Below are positions 13,950 to 25,670 of a stretch of DNA of 64,000 nucleotides, one piece after another (the first letter of the stretch is position 1; the number at the start of each line of letters is the position of its first letter). A program made the translations under genes and the position numbers. This DNA is from Amphiscolops sp. MND2022 (taxonomy: Eukaryota): assembly GCA_964187785.1 (NCBI GenBank), contig OZ076409.1, positions 21,888,001-21,952,000 on the forward strand, read 5' to 3'. The notes under the pieces are model-generated. The model was not told where the DNA came from and ran no database searches. It saw only the letters and a list, made by a program, of their open reading frames with translations.

Positions 13950-14395
13950 AAAACAAGCCGGGATCGGCATGAGTGGGCGCCATATAAAGGCTCAAAAATA
14001 GAGAAAGTACGTCGAAGTGTCAAGTATTCTTTTGGGCCGAATTGGCACGCCGGAGACCCGCTAAAAGGGGACCCTTTCGGATTTTTTTAACAATCATTGT
14101 TGTCAAAAATCAAAAAAAAAATTGAAGGGGGACCCCTTGGGTTTTTTCCACATCGATGCTGTCGCAAAACATCGAAAAAATTGAAGGGGGCCCGGCGCGC
14201 TAAAAGGGGACCCTTTCGGATTTTTCCAACATCCATTGTCAAATATCAAAAAAATTGAAGGGGGACCCTTTGGGTTTTTCCAACATCTATGCTGTCGCGA
14301 AACATCAAAAAATTGAAGGCGGGACCCTTTGGGGAAAATTTAAACTTTTTTTCGAAAAAAGTCTCACAATGCCGAAAAAATTGAAAGGGGGAGGT
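13950..14395 (-). mobile_element. Family A copy, truncated, with tandem GAAGGGGGACCCTTT units
   Basis: Family terminus at the left; internal unit repeated several times. Confidence 0.7.
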
Positions 14396-14640
14396 TAACG
14401 CTAGGATGATAATTCGATCATTTTCACCAACAAAATCATGTTTCCCAATATGAGAAATCTGACAACTCATTTTTGGAAACTTTCTACGAGCGATGTTGAT
14501 CAATCATCAACCATACCGAGCGATGAAAGACGTGCACCAGAGACACTCGTTACTTCCATATCCTGGTAGTTGTGGGTTCCCGATGTGAAGGATCGGTGTT
14601 TCACCAAAGTTTCTAGTGGGGGTTTCCATATCTTAGCTTA

Positions 14641-15295
14641 TCACAAAATATCTTCAACAGCGTGATCGGGCAAGTTTTTGAGAAACTCTTTGAGGTTGTG
14701 AATTACAGCCTCGATCTGATAAGGAACTTTTTCTAACATGTCGGACGGGATTAATCGCATGTTTATCAGGAAATTTAGGACTTTCGATCCACTATATTTT
14801 AATGAAAACTTTTTCGAGTTGTTCTTCCTAAGCGATAGAACGAAATTACTATGTAGAGCGCATCTTGTGTTTCGCGTATGATCGTTTATTACGAACATAT
14901 TGTTAGTATCTTCAGTGGCTAGTTCTTTCCTTATACTTCTCAATGTCTCAATGCAAACTTGACGATCTCATAGAAATATAAGTGTTTCACTGTTGTTCAT
15001 ATATAACTCTGCATCGATATTATCGATATAACGTTTGAAAAACAGCAACCGGAAAAATTTCCGGTGCAGAATGGTCATTTTCTCAAGTTTACCAAAATAT
15101 TTTCCCCCATAAACGAGTATTCCGTATTGTATCACAGGTTTCAAATAAAATATGTAAAAGCTCAGCAAAATTTCTCGGGTAACAAAATGCCGCAATCTCG
15201 AAACAGTTGCAATGCTTCCCTAGCTTTCTCGATAGATCTTTGTATACATGCATCAAAATTAATAAATCTATGCTCGAATAATTGTTAGCGTGCAT
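14641..15295 (-). pseudogene. 5'-truncated CR1/L2-group LINE fragment (post-RT region)
   Basis: RHFVTREILLSFYIFYLKPVIQYGILVYG parallels the C-terminal part of the LINE ORF2 at 7406-8156. Confidence 0.75.
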
Positions 15296-16891
15296 CTTGA
15301 TTTCCGTAGACTTTCTCGTATAACTAGTAACTGAACACCGCTGTTCAGACTAAAAAAGCACTGGATCTTCAATAATCACACTTGTCTCATGGCCAGTATC
15401 GACTTTAAAACAGGCACATCTTTGTTATAATCAAGAAAGATTTTCCTTACTGTCAAAATTAAGAGGAAAGCACAAAAATCGGAGAAAAACAGGCGACATG
15501 TACTTCCTGCTTGCCTAAAAAATTCCTCTTTGCCTCAATACCGACGAAGTTAAATACTCTCTGAAGGAAAAATGAAAACTATGTCAGAAAAAAATACGGA
15601 CGCCCTCTATGTTCAAGGAAAGTTGGCGGCATGAGGTCATTTAGCAGTACCAAATTGTCCTTTTCTCCGTAAACCACTCTGATACATGTTTGGAGAAAAA
15701 AGTCATTTGAAAAAAATGCTTTTGACGAAAAAATTTTTCACGAAAAAAAGCATTCAGCATGCCTAGGTTTCTCTTTTTCCCTATACTAGCGTGGTCGTAT
15801 TTTGGCAAAAATCTGAAAATTTCGTTTCAATCAAGACAAATGCAAGGCGAAAAAAATTATATCGAAAAAATAAAACCTATTGAACCCGAATACTACATGG
15901 AAAAACTAAATTTATCAGAAGTCCTAAAAACCGGTCTATTCAAAACTGCCGTCGCATTGGAAACCCTGAACCAGAGTCAAAACTAACTTCAGCAAAACGG
16001 TCCATTTGTGAATTCAGCGAGTTTTACTAAAGGCAATTTTTAAACTATTGGCCTTTTACTAAGAAGAATTAGATTTCTTCACCCGAATGAAGGAAAACAC
16101 ACTAATGATGAAACATTTTGCAGTCACTCCTTCGAAGGTAGTACGAAAGCTCTCAGCGAAATGAAAGTTAGCCAGTAGTCAATAGTGTACTCGCCTTTTG
16201 TCAACAGTTTTTTGTCATTCCTCACTAGCTGTTGTTGGGTATGCTCAAGAAATGACGTGTTAATATCAGAAGTGGGCTTTCAGCGTCTTGATGACATCCA
16301 AGATTACGCAGAAATATTGAAAAAAATGAACAGCCGCTGCCGCGCTGAAAATTGTTTCAACATTTTCTTTTATAATTATAAACAATTAGGGAAGACTTTC
16401 ACATTAGAGGTGAGAACTAAAGCGCTTAGTTTGTTATTCTCGTTCTTTGTCGAGAAAACATTTGCACAAGAAATTGAATTTTGCTCGAACAAAGACATCG
16501 AAAGCTTCTGCGAGACATTGACAAATAGTAAATAGGGTTGGCGGGAAAGAACACCAGTAGAAATTTTCGGAGGCAATTTTTCAAAAGATTGCAATTAAAA
16601 AGTTGATATATATCAAGTTCTATATAGAATGGAAACTAACTTCATTTCAAGGACAATCGCTTGAAATAAAATATACAAATTGTAGAGCTATAAAACGAAC
16701 CGAAGGGCAAGATGATACAGGACGGCTGTTTTTTACAGAATATTTTCCATCCATCTATTCAAAATCATAGGAATTTTGACATCTAAAGCAAGTTATTCAT
16801 TTTTTGGTGATTTGAAAAAGTCGCACAGTGCCGAAAATCGAACAGGGAGTCCTTTTGTTTTGTATGCTTAAATATAATGTTCTCAAAAAGC

Positions 16892-17434
16892 AAACAAGAC
16901 GAAAACGTCAAGTCGGCGCCCCCTTAAGGCTCAAAAAGCGAAAAGCCTCAAATATGTTCAAACAAATTCCCAACTTTCATAAAAATCCAAAGGGGCACCT
17001 TATAGCCGAGAAAAACCGCCATTCTTTGACTGATATTATCGACAATTCTAATTTAGTGAAAATAATTCGAAAGTCAAAATACGGTGGTCTCTTTTCCCAA
17101 AAAGTCAAAAGAGGGAACCCTTTAGGCTCGTTAAACGACTTTTCTGAATTTAAAACAGTGTGAAAACTTGAATAACCCTTTGGTGAAATATTTCTTTCGA
17201 AAAAAGTAACATAGTGCGGAAAAACATCAATGAGGGACCGTTTGCTATTTTTGGCCTTGTTGATGCTTCTAGTTAGTGGTCTTAGCTATTAAATGTTCCT
17301 AGATACATTTTAGACTGACCAAATTAATGAACAAATTGAACAAAGTGGACCATTCAGTGACCACTGATAAAAGAGGAAAAAAACTTTTCTCTGTAAGAGT
17401 CGGGCACTTTTTGTATCTCAAGAAAGCGCCAACT
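16892..17434 (-). mobile_element. DINE-1/HINE-like family A copy (diverged)
   Basis: Both termini recognisable. Confidence 0.7.
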
Positions 17435-17664
17435 AAAAATCACAGAGGACAAGGTTGAATCTCAAGACCTCCTGCCCGGCAATGGATGTTCTCAACAAAA
17501 TGATGCGCCATCAAGAAGAAAGCTGAAGAAAACGCGGGACTGGATGAATAATTTGTTTGGAAAGTAGCTCAGACGAAGAAATTGATTCGGATCGAGCTTT
17601 GAACACCCAAGTGCAAAGAACTGAGCTCTCAATCGAAGAAAAGTTATACTAATCAAATATAGAT

Positions 17665-18167
17665 GATTACCAGAAAACTCAGCACAAGAAAACTCAACAC
17701 AGGAAACTCAACACAAGAAAACTCAACACACGAAAACTCAATACATTTTAAGCATTTAATAATCGTGATATATATTATACATCTATATTCCTTGTTCGTA
17801 CTGCTCATAATTTATGCATTTGACACAATTTTTCTGAAATATTTGTGTTTGCGTTTAATTTTTTCTATCGTTTGTTTCATGGTTTCGGTCAATGTAAACA
17901 ACGTTTCAACGTGTAAAACAGTTTAAAATAGGAAAAAGTCGCAATCATGACTAGGTGTAAAGGAAATTATACGTCTTTATATGTCTTTGAAATGAGTCGC
18001 AATTGTGACTACGTGTAAACGAAAATAGTAGGATTTAGTTTAGTTAGATTTCGGAAAATTTTGCGTTGAGTTTTCTGTGTTGAGTTTTCTGTTTTTTACT
18101 TTGTGTTGAGTTTTCTGTGTTGAGTTTTCTTGTGTTGAGTTTTCATGTGTTGAGTTTTCCGTACCCC
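17665..18167 (-). mobile_element. Mutator-like MITE with GAAAACTCAACAC subterminal repeats, copy 1
   Basis: 9-bp TSD AATATAG(A/G)T; G..C ends; inverted arrays of about 15-bp repeats; homologous to 42880-43316 in opposite orientation. Confidence 0.85.
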
Positions 18168-18639
18168 AATATAGGTAAACGAGCATTGAAGAACAGGGAA
18201 CTCACTGGATTTTCGAGAATAAAGTAATATGCAGCCATTTCGTTTCCGAATTTTCAATTTTCCAGTAGATTCTTGAAGTTATAACAGCTCAAATTCGTTT
18301 AAAAAATTTTTATCCATGAATAAATACTAGCGACTTTTCGATTCGAAAATCTTAACATTGAAAGAGCTACCTCAAAAACGTAAATTTGAGACACCAAAAC
18401 AAATTTTGTCTACTGTCATAAGACAAAATTTGGAACTAAAAGAGACAAAAAACTCAGAACTACATCGGACCGAACAAGTTATACCCGAGAAAGCGAGACC
18501 AAGCAACGGAAATTCAATTTCATTCCGATGTTTGAAAATTTGAAATTTCAGGAATACTGCCGAAGAGAAAAGTAGTCGCATTTAAACTATTTTAAACTTC
18601 AATTTTAGTCTTGAATGAAGCGTCCGAAAGGTGTTACAG

Positions 18640-18835
18640 TGATAGTCATCATCATCATTTCTGGTCGCATCAAAGAATGCGCTGTCATCTCTGGGCCAGT
18701 TGAATGCGTTGGGAGCAGGAGCAGCTTCCATCAGGTCAGCCTCGATACTCCGCTTTTTGACAAAATGGTCCAGAGTTCGATCTTCGCCACAACTACATTT
18801 GCCATCTTCTATGATCCACTTCTTGAGCGGTAGTG
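18640..18835 (-). pseudogene. 3' end fragment of a non-LTR retrotransposon (Ingi/Vingi- or I-group-like)
   Basis: CSCGEDRTLDHFV Zn-knuckle-like motif followed by a (GAT)n tail. Confidence 0.5.
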
Positions 18836-19213
18836 AATAGCGACAAAAATAACACCAGAAAGAATGTGTGTCTCTGCATCTCACGGAATAGCGAATTTTC
18901 AAACGATAGCGAAGCGTGAATTCGCGTGAGAATTTACTAAAAGTTGCGTGAAAATTTCAGGTAGAGATCTTTTCGTTGAAACCTTACTGTATTCTTTTCA
19001 ATTCTTTCATGATATTCTTCTGCCAGTATTCAGTTCTCATCAATCACATGTAGAAGCGTGATTGGAGTTTTTGTTTTTGTATTCAGGTCTAAGAAAAATT
19101 TGGGAGCCACCCTCAAGGCTCAAGAAGTCCTCCGGTGTTTCCTAAAACTCCAATTAGGATCACAATTCCATTTAAATTCTGAAGGACTTTTCGGCTTCAA
19201 TATACAGTAGATA

Positions 19214-19382
19214 CAGTAGGGGGTGTTTATAACGGAGTGCTTTATAACAACGAGCGTCTATAACGACCATTTTCCAAATTCCTGTCATATAACAAATGCT
19301 TATGACAATTTTTATAACGACGGTTTTTATTCCGACATTAAAATCAACTGCCAATCAGGGTCGTTATAAAAGCCCCCTACTG
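19214..19382. mobile_element. TA-flanked MITE (Tc1/pogo-type), about 170 bp
   Basis: TIR CAGTAGGGGG...TTTATAACG and its complement; TA on both sides. Confidence 0.8.
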
Positions 19383-20161
19383 TACTGAAGTTTTTAAAGG
19401 AAGAACACCTTTCAACAAAAAATCCCGAAAACCCAAAATAGGGGCCCTTTTGTATTGTCTAGTGTCCTAAGTAGCTTGACATACTAATTTATTCAATAGG
19501 GAACCTTTGGATGTTTTGCAAATGTGTCATGAAAATATTATCCACCCCAAGAAAAAGACTTTAACCGGAAGCTTTCAGTTGACTAAAGGCGCCAACTAAA
19601 AAGTGTCAAAGTCACACAGGCGATGCAGCGATTTAAAAATTTCAGTTTTTCATTTTCGTTCCCATAGCTCTTGAGGCTATCAGGTTCAGTCTTCAAAGTT
19701 CACCAAAAGTTCTCGCAGAAAAAAGAAATTTACTCTAATTTTAATTATTTCATTTTGGACATATAACAGCGTATTTTATAAATAGCAACATTTTATTTTA
19801 ATTGCATAATGTATTCACTCATTTTATCTAAAAACTATGGATGCAAAAAGCAGATAGCGAAAATTGTGGCTATAACTAATCATTTTCTCATCAGCTGCTC
19901 AAAAAACGCGGCAGGTCTGATTTATAATGATGTCGAAAACTGCACAATTTGTTAGAACTTGGGACCGATAGTTGTGTGTGTATCGTGTTTATCATTGATG
20001 TAATTTATCACTACAAACAGTATTTAGGCTTTTTGCAACTCTATGAAGCCATTTTGTTGAAAAACAATGCAGGTTAGTTATGTGCTTGGTTTGGAGTATC
20101 CATTCATCATGTGATGGTTGCTTTGTTTCGAAAAGGAGTCCATGGTAGTAAATATATTAAC

Positions 20162-20385
20162 CGAGCAACAACACCGAAGGAGTGTATCCCGATTCGTTGT
20201 TCTCTTCCGTCAGCCGATTGGCCAATGTGCACCCAGCTGAGCCAGCACCTACAATGACGTAATCAGCCTCGTACTTCCAGGATGTGTCAAACAGAAACGG
20301 GTTGCTGTTGACATTGGGAGAAGCAGTCTCCGATTTGGCAGTAGCCGCAGCAGAGTCTTTGCTTCCAGCAGTTGTTGATAATTCT
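20162..20385 (-). CDS. CHDH: Choline dehydrogenase (GMC oxidoreductase) domain, exon 7 with FAD-binding motif
   Basis: DYVIVGAGSAGCTLANRLTE Rossmann motif; TTTAG acceptor at 20386 (alternative ATG at 20393); donor G|GTTAAT. Confidence 0.9.
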
Positions 20386-20597
20386 CTAAACATCGAAACT
20401 CACTTCATTTTAGAGTCGACATATCACTCCAGCACGAACAAAGATGAAGAAATTACAGCGAACCCTCGCACATTATTTTTTAGTTCTGAACTTTTATGCA
20501 AAAGATGCAATTTTGTGGTTCATGTCTGAACTCCGCAATTTCTCTAAAGAGTCCAATTTGGAGCCTACAAAATTTAGTTTTCCCATCATGAATAGAG

Positions 20598-21156
20598 AAC
20601 AAGCCGGGAACGGCATAAGTCGGCGCCATATCTAAGGCTCAAAAATAGCAAAAGGACATGAAAGTGTCGAAAAACTCAAAGTATCAAGCTCACAAAAAGA
20701 GTATCAAACTCACGAAAAACCCAAACGACGGAACCGGCGCACTAAAAGTGGAATCCTTTCGCATTTTTAACATCCATTGTTGCAAAACATCAAAAAATTG
20801 AAGGGTGAAAAAAATCGGTGAAAAAAAATTTTCCGAAAAGTCTCACAATGCCGGAAAAATTGAAAGGGGGACCCTTTGGGATTTTTCAACATCCATTCTG
20901 TCGCAAAACATGAAAAAATTGAGGGGGACCCTTTGGGGAAAATTTTTTTTTCGAAAAATTTCGAAACCGCTTCTTCCGGTATTGTATGTTACGTGGAAAA
21001 TGAGGAAAAATCTTTTTGCTTCAGTTCGCTAGGCCAAATGATTCAATTTGTGACCATAAAATTTTGTAGAACTTTTAAGAACTATTTTGGTCAGTTCGTG
21101 TGGATTGAAAAAAAGTCACTATAATAATCGCGTTTCACTTCATGAAGCGCCGACTA
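20598..21156 (-). mobile_element. DINE-1/HINE-like family A copy
   Basis: Both termini present. Confidence 0.8.
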
Positions 21157-21434
21157 AAAAACAACTGAAACAAGGATGACACATTCTCGTCAAAAACCGC
21201 TGTATTCCAGTGTATAATACTTTACAAATAAGGGATCTGCAGCCGCGAAACTAGCGTGGCCTCGATTTGTTACAATCAACACAACTGTAGTATTTCAGGA
21301 GGGTTTTTAAATCTAATTACAGGAAACAAAGTGAGCAAAAAACCCGAAACATTTGAAAAGATCTACAAACACTCCTAAACTTGTCGTTTCAAACGAAGTT
21401 TTTCCCCATGATGTTGGAACGTACTCTCTCTATT

Positions 21435-21497
21435 CTGAGTTAGCCTTGGGACACCTGCATTATCATTTAGCAGATGTACCGCCCCAGTCAAACTCCC
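21435..21497 (-). pseudogene. Short 28S rRNA-derived fragment
   Basis: Minus strand reads GGGAGTTTGACTGGGGCGGTACATCTG...GCAGGTGTCCCAAGGCTAACTCAG, a conserved LSU rRNA segment; flanks are not clearly rDNA. Confidence 0.8.
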
Positions 21498-21598
21498 AAG
21501 CTGAGGTCGATAACTAGTTAATCTGTTTTCTTTTTACTACAAACTTTCGAAAGTCCGCCCTTTGCGTTTGAAAAATTCACTTTCAGAAAATTAGTAAC

Positions 21599-21781
21599 CT
21601 TTTAGTGGAATTTGGAAGACAACTTTTTAATGGATACGACGAATGCTTCAAGGCTTGAGAGGTGGAAGTATGGTAGAAACGGGTATCAGTATTGGTAATT
21701 GATTTGCCCAGAATTTTTCCAGCTTGGAGGAGTTCCTCGCGCAATGCAGCAAGAGAGCTACCGTGCCTGACTGCAGTATTT
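21599..21781 (-). CDS. Linker exon 6 between the HAD and GMC domains
   Basis: Strong TTTTGTTTCAG acceptor, AG|GTTACT donor; 183-bp phase 2-2 open exon (R)NTAVRHGSSLAALREELL...RFYHTSTSQ...NSTK. Confidence 0.65.
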
Positions 21782-22160
21782 CTGAAACAAAACAAATCTC
21801 TATGAGGGTGAAAGATTGGCATAACAGGAACAATGCATTCACAGTAATAATAATAATTGGAATTTATCTGTTATTCAATGAAAAGAAACGCAAGCAAATA
21901 CAAATCTTTTACAATCATCAAACAACAGAACAGACTTTCAAAGGCATATGCCCGCTTAACGGAAGCCTGATGGACAGTTGAGTGACCTGCATTCACAGTT
22001 GAGTGAACTGTAAGATCTCTGCAATCTGTTAGTTGTGCAAATGCAACAAAAATTGCAAATTAATTTCAAAAGGTTCATTTACCAGTTTCACGCAAAATTT
22101 CGGCATTAAATCATTTTATGGAAAACTCCATCAGTGAATCTTTTAATCCGGAACAGATTT

Positions 22161-22830
22161 TTCGAAAACACTTTCCAATTTTAGTCGGCGTATTTTCCGC
22201 AAGGGAAAAAACCCGACTATTACAGTGGCTAGTTTTTTTTCGTCAGACCACAGAGTTCACCCTATATATACCACTTTTTCGTACAGAGATTAATCGATTC
22301 AGCGGGAGCCCAGCGGTCGCGGGTTCGAGTCCCTGTTTCAGCAAACAAAAAGAGAATTTTTTGTGCATTTGCAAAACCGGACGAGACTAAATGGAAACTC
22401 CCCCGTTTCAAATTTTTCGGCACTGAGACTTTCTTTTTGAAAATTTTTAAATGTCTCCAATGGGTCCCCCTTCAATATTTGATATTTTGCAACAAACTGG
22501 AGTTTCAAAAAGCCCAAAGGTTCTACCCTTTTACATTTTTCGGCAATATGAGACTGTTGCAAAATTCTCATTTTTCGTCTGAAATTAGGTTTCCTCAATA
22601 TTTACCCTCAAATAATTTTTTCAATACTATCCGAAATGTTGACGTAATAAACGGAGTAAAGCGCTAATCCAAATTATATTGCGTTTTACTAAGGGAGCGT
22701 AGGATCGAAAAAAGTGCTCGCATTTGTCTCAGCACGCATTATCCGATCTTCTAAAGCGTTTTCCGAGCACGAAAAGCACCCTTTGGGCGTTTCGTAACTT
22801 TTTTCTGAGGTTTTCATGAAAATGTCCTGG
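22161..22830 (+). mobile_element. Family A copy, 3'-truncated
   Basis: TTAGTCGGCG start with IR CCCGACT; body similar to 53400-53800. Confidence 0.7.
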
Positions 22831-23324
22831 ACATATTTTGAGCCGCCGGTACACACAGTGAGTAAAAATAACTCCAAACGATGCTTCCATTCGTGTGTGA
22901 AATGGAAACCAGTCAAAGTACGTAATTGTAGAGAGTGTAAAGTAGTCATTTACTGTATTTTGATCACTACGCGTAACGCTAAATCACACAGTGTAACGAG
23001 CAAAACTCGTAACGCCGGAAATAAGAACGCCATTTTATTGACTGTTGTAAATCGGACTAGCAAGATCTTGCTAGTTCGTTGCGGTATAAGTATCGTAATG
23101 TGTAGCTATTGCGCCGAATTTAGACGTTGCCGTCTTGATGAACTGTGCGGAAGTGCAAACTTATTAATAATTGACTGAAAACATTCATATCTTGGACTAA
23201 TGTATCTTGGATACTTGGGTAGAAAGCGGTAATGATCTTTTGCACTTTTATTTGAACGCAGGCGAACGATTACTTAGTAAATACTCGTTTGCTTATTGCC
23301 AATAAATGCGCCCCCATTGCTTCT

Positions 23325-23781
23325 AAGGGGACCCTTTGGGCAAAAAATTCGAAAAAAGTCTCACAATGCCGAAAAACTGAAAGGGGGGACCCTTTGGGGT
23401 TTTTCAACCTCCATTCTGCCGCAAAACTTCAAACAAATTGAAGGGGGGACCCTTTGGGGGAAAAATTTTTCCGAAAAAAGTCTCGCAGTGCCGAAAAAAA
23501 TTGAAAGGGGGACCCTTTGAGGGAAAAATTTTTCCGAAAAAAAAGTCTCGCAGTGCCGAAAAAAATTGAAAGGGGGCACTTTGGTCTCGCCCGGTATGAT
23601 ATGTTACGCGGAAAAACAGGAAAAAACTTTTTGGTTCAGTTCGCTAGGCCAAATGGAGCAATTTGACACCATAGTATTTGGTAGAACATTTATGAACTAT
23701 TTTGGTTAGTTCGTGTGGATTGAAAAAAGAAAAAAAAGAGTCACTATAATAGTCGCGTTTCACTTCATGAAGCGCCGACTA
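23325..23781 (-). mobile_element. Family A copy, truncated, with an internal tandem duplication
   Basis: About 60-bp unit duplicated; ends AAGCGCCGACTAAAAA. Confidence 0.75.
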
Positions 23782-23934
23782 AAAATGATAATAGTAAAAG
23801 TTTCTGAAGTTTTCATCTTTAGTTTGAAAATATGTTTGTTTGAAAAACATGCGATGAAAATACATGTATTAGGCCCATGTATAATTAGATCCTACTTTCA
23901 AATCAAAAATTGGTTTTTCATTCAACGCTCGATT

Positions 23935-24844
23935 AACACAGAGGCGAAGCCGTGCTTCGCAAACACTTGCGAAGAAAGTTGCGAACTTTTGAAGAAACCC
24001 AAATAAGCAATATCATACGGAGAGCCAAGGGTAAAAGGACATTATTGTTAAAATTTCATCAAATTTACAGCGCCAAAAAATCCCGAGGGGATACCCATAA
24101 ATCTCGAAAACAATTCTTCTCCAACTGGAAACAACAGAAAACCCATCCTTCTCAATCGTAAACCTTTTTTTTTAAAAAAAAAACAGAAAATTGAGGAAAA
24201 AAATTTTTCGAAATTTTTCGAAAATTTTTTGAAGGTTTCCGGCAAATCGCATAGTGCCGAAAACCTTGAGCAGTGTTTTATGCTCGCAAAACGTTTCGTT
24301 TATAGTAAAAATTGATGGGGCTTCGATGAAAACAAATTAGAAAATGTCGCATAGAAAAAACAGCGGTCTTTAAAAAAACAAAAATCGGATATAGCGTGCT
24401 GGGCCTGAGAAAACCTAATTTTAAGACAAAAATTATTCGATTTGAAAAATATCACAATGCCGAAAACTGTAAAAAGGGGGCACTTTGAGATTTTTTAAAC
24501 ATCCATTCTGTTGCAAAATTTCAAAAAATTGAAGGGAGGAATCTTTGGTGACATGAAAAAAAAATTGCGAAAAAAAGTCACAAAGCCGAAATAACATGCA
24601 CAAAAAATTTTGGTCAAGGGCGAGACCCGAACCCACGTCCTTCTGCTTGGCAGACCTCAAATAATCCTAATTAACCTCTATGCCAAGTGCCAGAAGTTGC
24701 GACAAGTGCTGGAAGTTGGCCAACTGCCAGGAGTTGCCACGGCCACAAATTCAGACTATGCGACTTGCGGTCTGAAACGAGAGAGTTGTCGCGCGGAAAA
24801 AAAGCACCCGCAATTTCCCATAACACTTGCTTATCGCAAGTGTA
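23935..24844 (-). mobile_element. HINE-like family B copy
   Basis: subTIR ACACTTGCGA/TCGCAAGTGT with IR and terminal hairpin; tRNA-like segment at 24611-24691. Confidence 0.78.
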
Positions 24845-24994
24845 AAAAATGGTTTTATGTTTATTCAGAAGGAAACATGATTCTAAACTTCAGTTTTTAA
24901 ATCAATATGCTAAGTTATAGCTAACAAAATGTTCTCACGAGCTAAATGAGAATAAAAGTACGCCAATGACGGACAATTCCAGAAAAGGACAAAC

Positions 24995-25118
24995 CGTGAC
25001 ATCTCGTCAGTGTGCAATCTGCCTGGGAGAACAACGTCCAAGATATCGTGAATGTCTTCAACTACGTAATCACTGTCTTTCAGCAGCGTTTCTCTGTCAC
25101 ACACTCCGCTTTCAACGC
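24995..25118 (-). CDS. HAD domain C-terminus, exon 5
   Basis: TTTGCAG acceptor gives GTVIG-VESGVCDRETLLKDSDYVVEDIHDILDVV, a typical HAD C-terminus; proposed donor CG|GTTTGT at 24994 (the ORF would otherwise run to a stop at 24910). Confidence 0.8.
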
Positions 25119-25332
25119 CTGCAAACATATTCGGCAACTCAAAACTACTCCCAACAATTGCAACAGCTCACAAGAGCAACGCTTTTAATCTCGGAACAAG
25201 AGCAATGCTTTTAATATCGAAGTTAGAACGATGCTTTATAATTTGGACTACTACAAGAACCCAAATAATTACACGGAATAGAAACAACTAGACACCTTTG
25301 TATTGTGATACCGTCATAAAAATAATTCCTCA

Positions 25333-25546
25333 AGTAGTAGTGGAAATCCCGATACTGGCCAACAAAACGCCAAAAATTAAAAGTCCTCAAAACCATTGAT
25401 TTTGAGGACTTTTTAGAAGACAAATCATCAAAAATAGTGTTTTTATCATGAAGCAAAAATTCACTAACCTCTATGATGCAATGTGTAATAATAACACGTT
25501 GTTGTACAGCCAGCGTTGCTGTACAGCCAGCGTTAATGTACAACCA
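25333..25546 (+). repeat. Polinton left TIR (214 bp)
   Basis: Reverse complement of 39805-40018; contains a 14-bp-stem hairpin (25379-25413). Confidence 0.95.
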
Positions 25547-25626
25547 ACGTTGCTGTACAGCCAGCGTTAATGTACAACCAACGTTAATGTACAACCAACG
25601 TTGCTGTACAACCAGCGTTAATGTAC
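25497..25626 (+). repeat. 17-bp tandem repeat (CGTT(GC/AA)TGTACA(G/A)CCA(G/A)), about 7.6 units
   Basis: Direct inspection; only about 3 units at the right end. Confidence 0.95.
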
Positions 25627-25670
25627 CGGCGCATACGTTATTCTTATATAACTACAACTAACATTGATTC

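Noticed and set aside
15990..16600. Possible degraded LINE RT remnants (also about 53960-54650 and 56400-56760)
   Set aside because: Only faint motif echoes (e.g. FPNCL, SAFDT, LNNWV..SLNVD); too decayed to call.
24910..24994. C-terminal tail FVLFWNCPSLAYF... as the end of a stand-alone HAD protein
   Set aside because: It reads like intron sequence after a usable GT donor that joins in frame to downstream exons; not excluded as an alternative isoform.
25497..25626. Regular repeat array as a possible CRISPR
   Set aside because: Contiguous 17-bp tandem units without unique spacers; eukaryotic context; no cas genes.
25223..25661. ORFs across the left TIR and the mirror ORF 39808-40089
   Set aside because: They are translations of the TIR and tandem repeat that run out into host flank.
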